Assembly (NCBI GenBank): GCA_002269645.1
Contig: NIVC01000092.1
Coordinates: 434,001-498,000 of the forward strand
DNA: 64,000 nt
Direction of reading: 5' to 3'
Source of the DNA: Macrostomum lignano
Lineage: Eukaryota
Shown: in pieces, positions 62,134 through 64,000 of the stretch
Layout: each line of letters opens with the position of its first letter
How positions within the stretch are numbered: the first letter of the stretch is position 1
Position numbers and translations under genes: made by a program
Notes under the pieces: model-generated
The model's database searches: none
What the model was told of the DNA's origin: nothing
The model's input: the letters and a program-made list of their open reading frames with translations, nothing else

Positions 62134-63090
62134 AAAGTAGCAGTTGACCCAAATGAAGGTCCCATAGGCCAAGTAGCAGTTGACCCAAATGAGGGACCTG
62201 TAGTTCAGGTAGCAGTTGACTCAAATGAAGGACATGTAGGTCAGGTAGCAGTTGACCCAAATGAAGAATATGCAAGTCAGGTAGCAGTTGACCCAAATGA
62301 AGGACCTGTAGGTCAGGTAGCAGTTAACCCAAATGAAGGTCCTGTAGGTCAGGTAGCAGTTGACCCAAATGAAGAATATGCAAGTCAGGTAGCAGTTGAC
62401 CCAAATGAAGGACCTGTAGGTTAAGTAGCAGTTGACCTAAATGAAGGACCTGTAGGTCAGGTAGCAGTTAACCCAAATGAAGGTCCTGTAGGTCAGGTAG
62501 CAGTTGACCCAAATGAAGGAGTTGTAGGTCAGGTAGCAGTTGACCCAAATGAAGGAGTTGTAGGTCAGGTAGCAGTTGACCCAAATGAAGGAACTGTATG
62601 TCAGGTAGCAGTTGACCCAAATGAAGGACCTGAAGGTTAAGTAGCAGTTGACCTAAATGAAGAACCTGTAGGTCAGGTAGCAGTTAACCCAAATGAAGGT
62701 CCTGTAGGTCAGGTAGCAGTTGACCCAAATGAAGGCGTTGTAGGTCAGGTAGCAGTTGACCCAAATGAAGGACCTGTAGACCGTCAGGTAGCAGTTGACC
62801 CAAATGAAGGAACTGTATGTCAGGTAGCAGTTGACCCAAATGAAGGAACTGTATGTCAGATAGCAGTTGACCCAAATGAAGGACCTGTAGACCGTCAGGT
62901 AGCAATGACCCAAATAAAGGACCTATAGGTCAGGTAGCAGGTAACCCAAATGAAGGAACTGTATGTCAGGTAGCAGTTGACCCAAATGAAGGAACTGTAG
63001 ACCTTCAGGTAGCAATTGACCCAAATAAAGGACCTATAGGTCAGGTAGCAGTTAACCCAAATGAAGGAGTTGTAGTTCAAGTCGCAGTGC
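62134..63090. repeat. 36-bp minisatellite (ggtcaggtagcagttgacccaaatgaaggacctgta)
   Basis: About 26 tandem units, seen directly. Confidence 0.95.
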
Positions 63091-64000
63091 CCCATTAAGA
63101 AACCTTAGTTAACTCTGTAATTTGTAGCAGGTTCGTTTGTGTATTAAGTTGTGGCCCAGTTTAACCTATCACTTTACTTTATTTATTATAATTAGCTAGG
63201 TATTTTTATTTGATTTAGTACTACTGTATTACACAGTGTTTCCATGGGACTGTTCGCTCACTTATGCGAGACTAATTTTATTGGAACGTATTTTATTGTA
63301 CTATAATTTGTATAGTCCGGTCATACATGCGCAACTTCTGAAATTACGCTGGCCGTGCGACTTAGTTTTCGATAAAAAATGCGACTTACCTATGAAAGAG
63401 CCAAGCAAAAACTTTAGGTAAACGGCAGGAGTAACTATGACCATAATTTAAAGCTAATTGCCTCGCCAGCTAATTAGTGCTGCGTGCAGATTTCGCGTTT
63501 TTATAACAGCTAATCAGTATGTCATCTAGTGGCGGCATGAAGCAATTAGTAAATTGTCAGTACAGTGTAGTGAGCATACTACAAAAGTCATGATTCATGA
63601 ATGTCCAGAAGTAAGTGAAGAGAATACAGTGTGACCTATAGCTCAAGAACGATTTGCTAGACGATTTGGCATGGAAGATGAGAGCCCTGATTCAGATGGC
63701 TCATCAGATGCAGAATACGAATCCAGTAGAGATACAAGCTGTGAAAACCCACAGATTTTTAAACCACTGAATTCTAATTCCCGGAACTATTTTTGCATAG
63801 ATTCTAAATTTGAAGTCATGCTCAAACAAAAACTTGTTAACAGTTAGGAAAAAGGCAAAGATGGGAGTAATGCATGTTAAACTAAGATTTGAGGCCTTTG
63901 CAAATTCTCTCCATTCCTCAATCTTCTCATCCTCTTTTTCTTTTCTCTCTCATCCCTTATCCCTTCTCTCTTTCCTCTCCTCTCCTATCTCTTCTGTCTC

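Noticed and set aside
63641-63846. Open acidic frame ERFARRFGMEDESPDSDGSSDAEYES...
   Set aside because: No recognisable family, and the upstream candidate intron would be only about 31 nt.

Overview
Animal genomic DNA with GC-rich, poly-Ala/Gln exons and AT-rich introns packed with minisatellites and MITEs. The style resembles a free-living flatworm such as Macrostomum, but that is inference only. Left to right: (1) the first two exons of macoilin (minus strand), with a MITE- and mariner-rich intron; (2) a complete 4-exon T-box transcription factor gene (minus); (3) a ~19 kb tandem cluster of at least six Delta/Serrate-like (C2/MNNL-DSL-EGF-TM) paralogs, of which three look intact and three are broken, with mosaic heads, homogenised EGF stalks and unrelated Tyr-motif tails; (4) satellite blocks and degenerate exon-like relics; (5) a 3-exon gene that, once spliced by hand, joins 27 near-identical ankyrin repeats to a Mab-21/cGAS-like nucleotidyltransferase with its catalytic acidic residues intact (~1583 aa). 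Item 5 is the most interesting feature. A tyrosine-recombinase retroelement relic, foldback MITEs and further tandem repeats follow. All gene models were spliced by eye using GT-AG sites and codon-phase agreement. No database searches were run.
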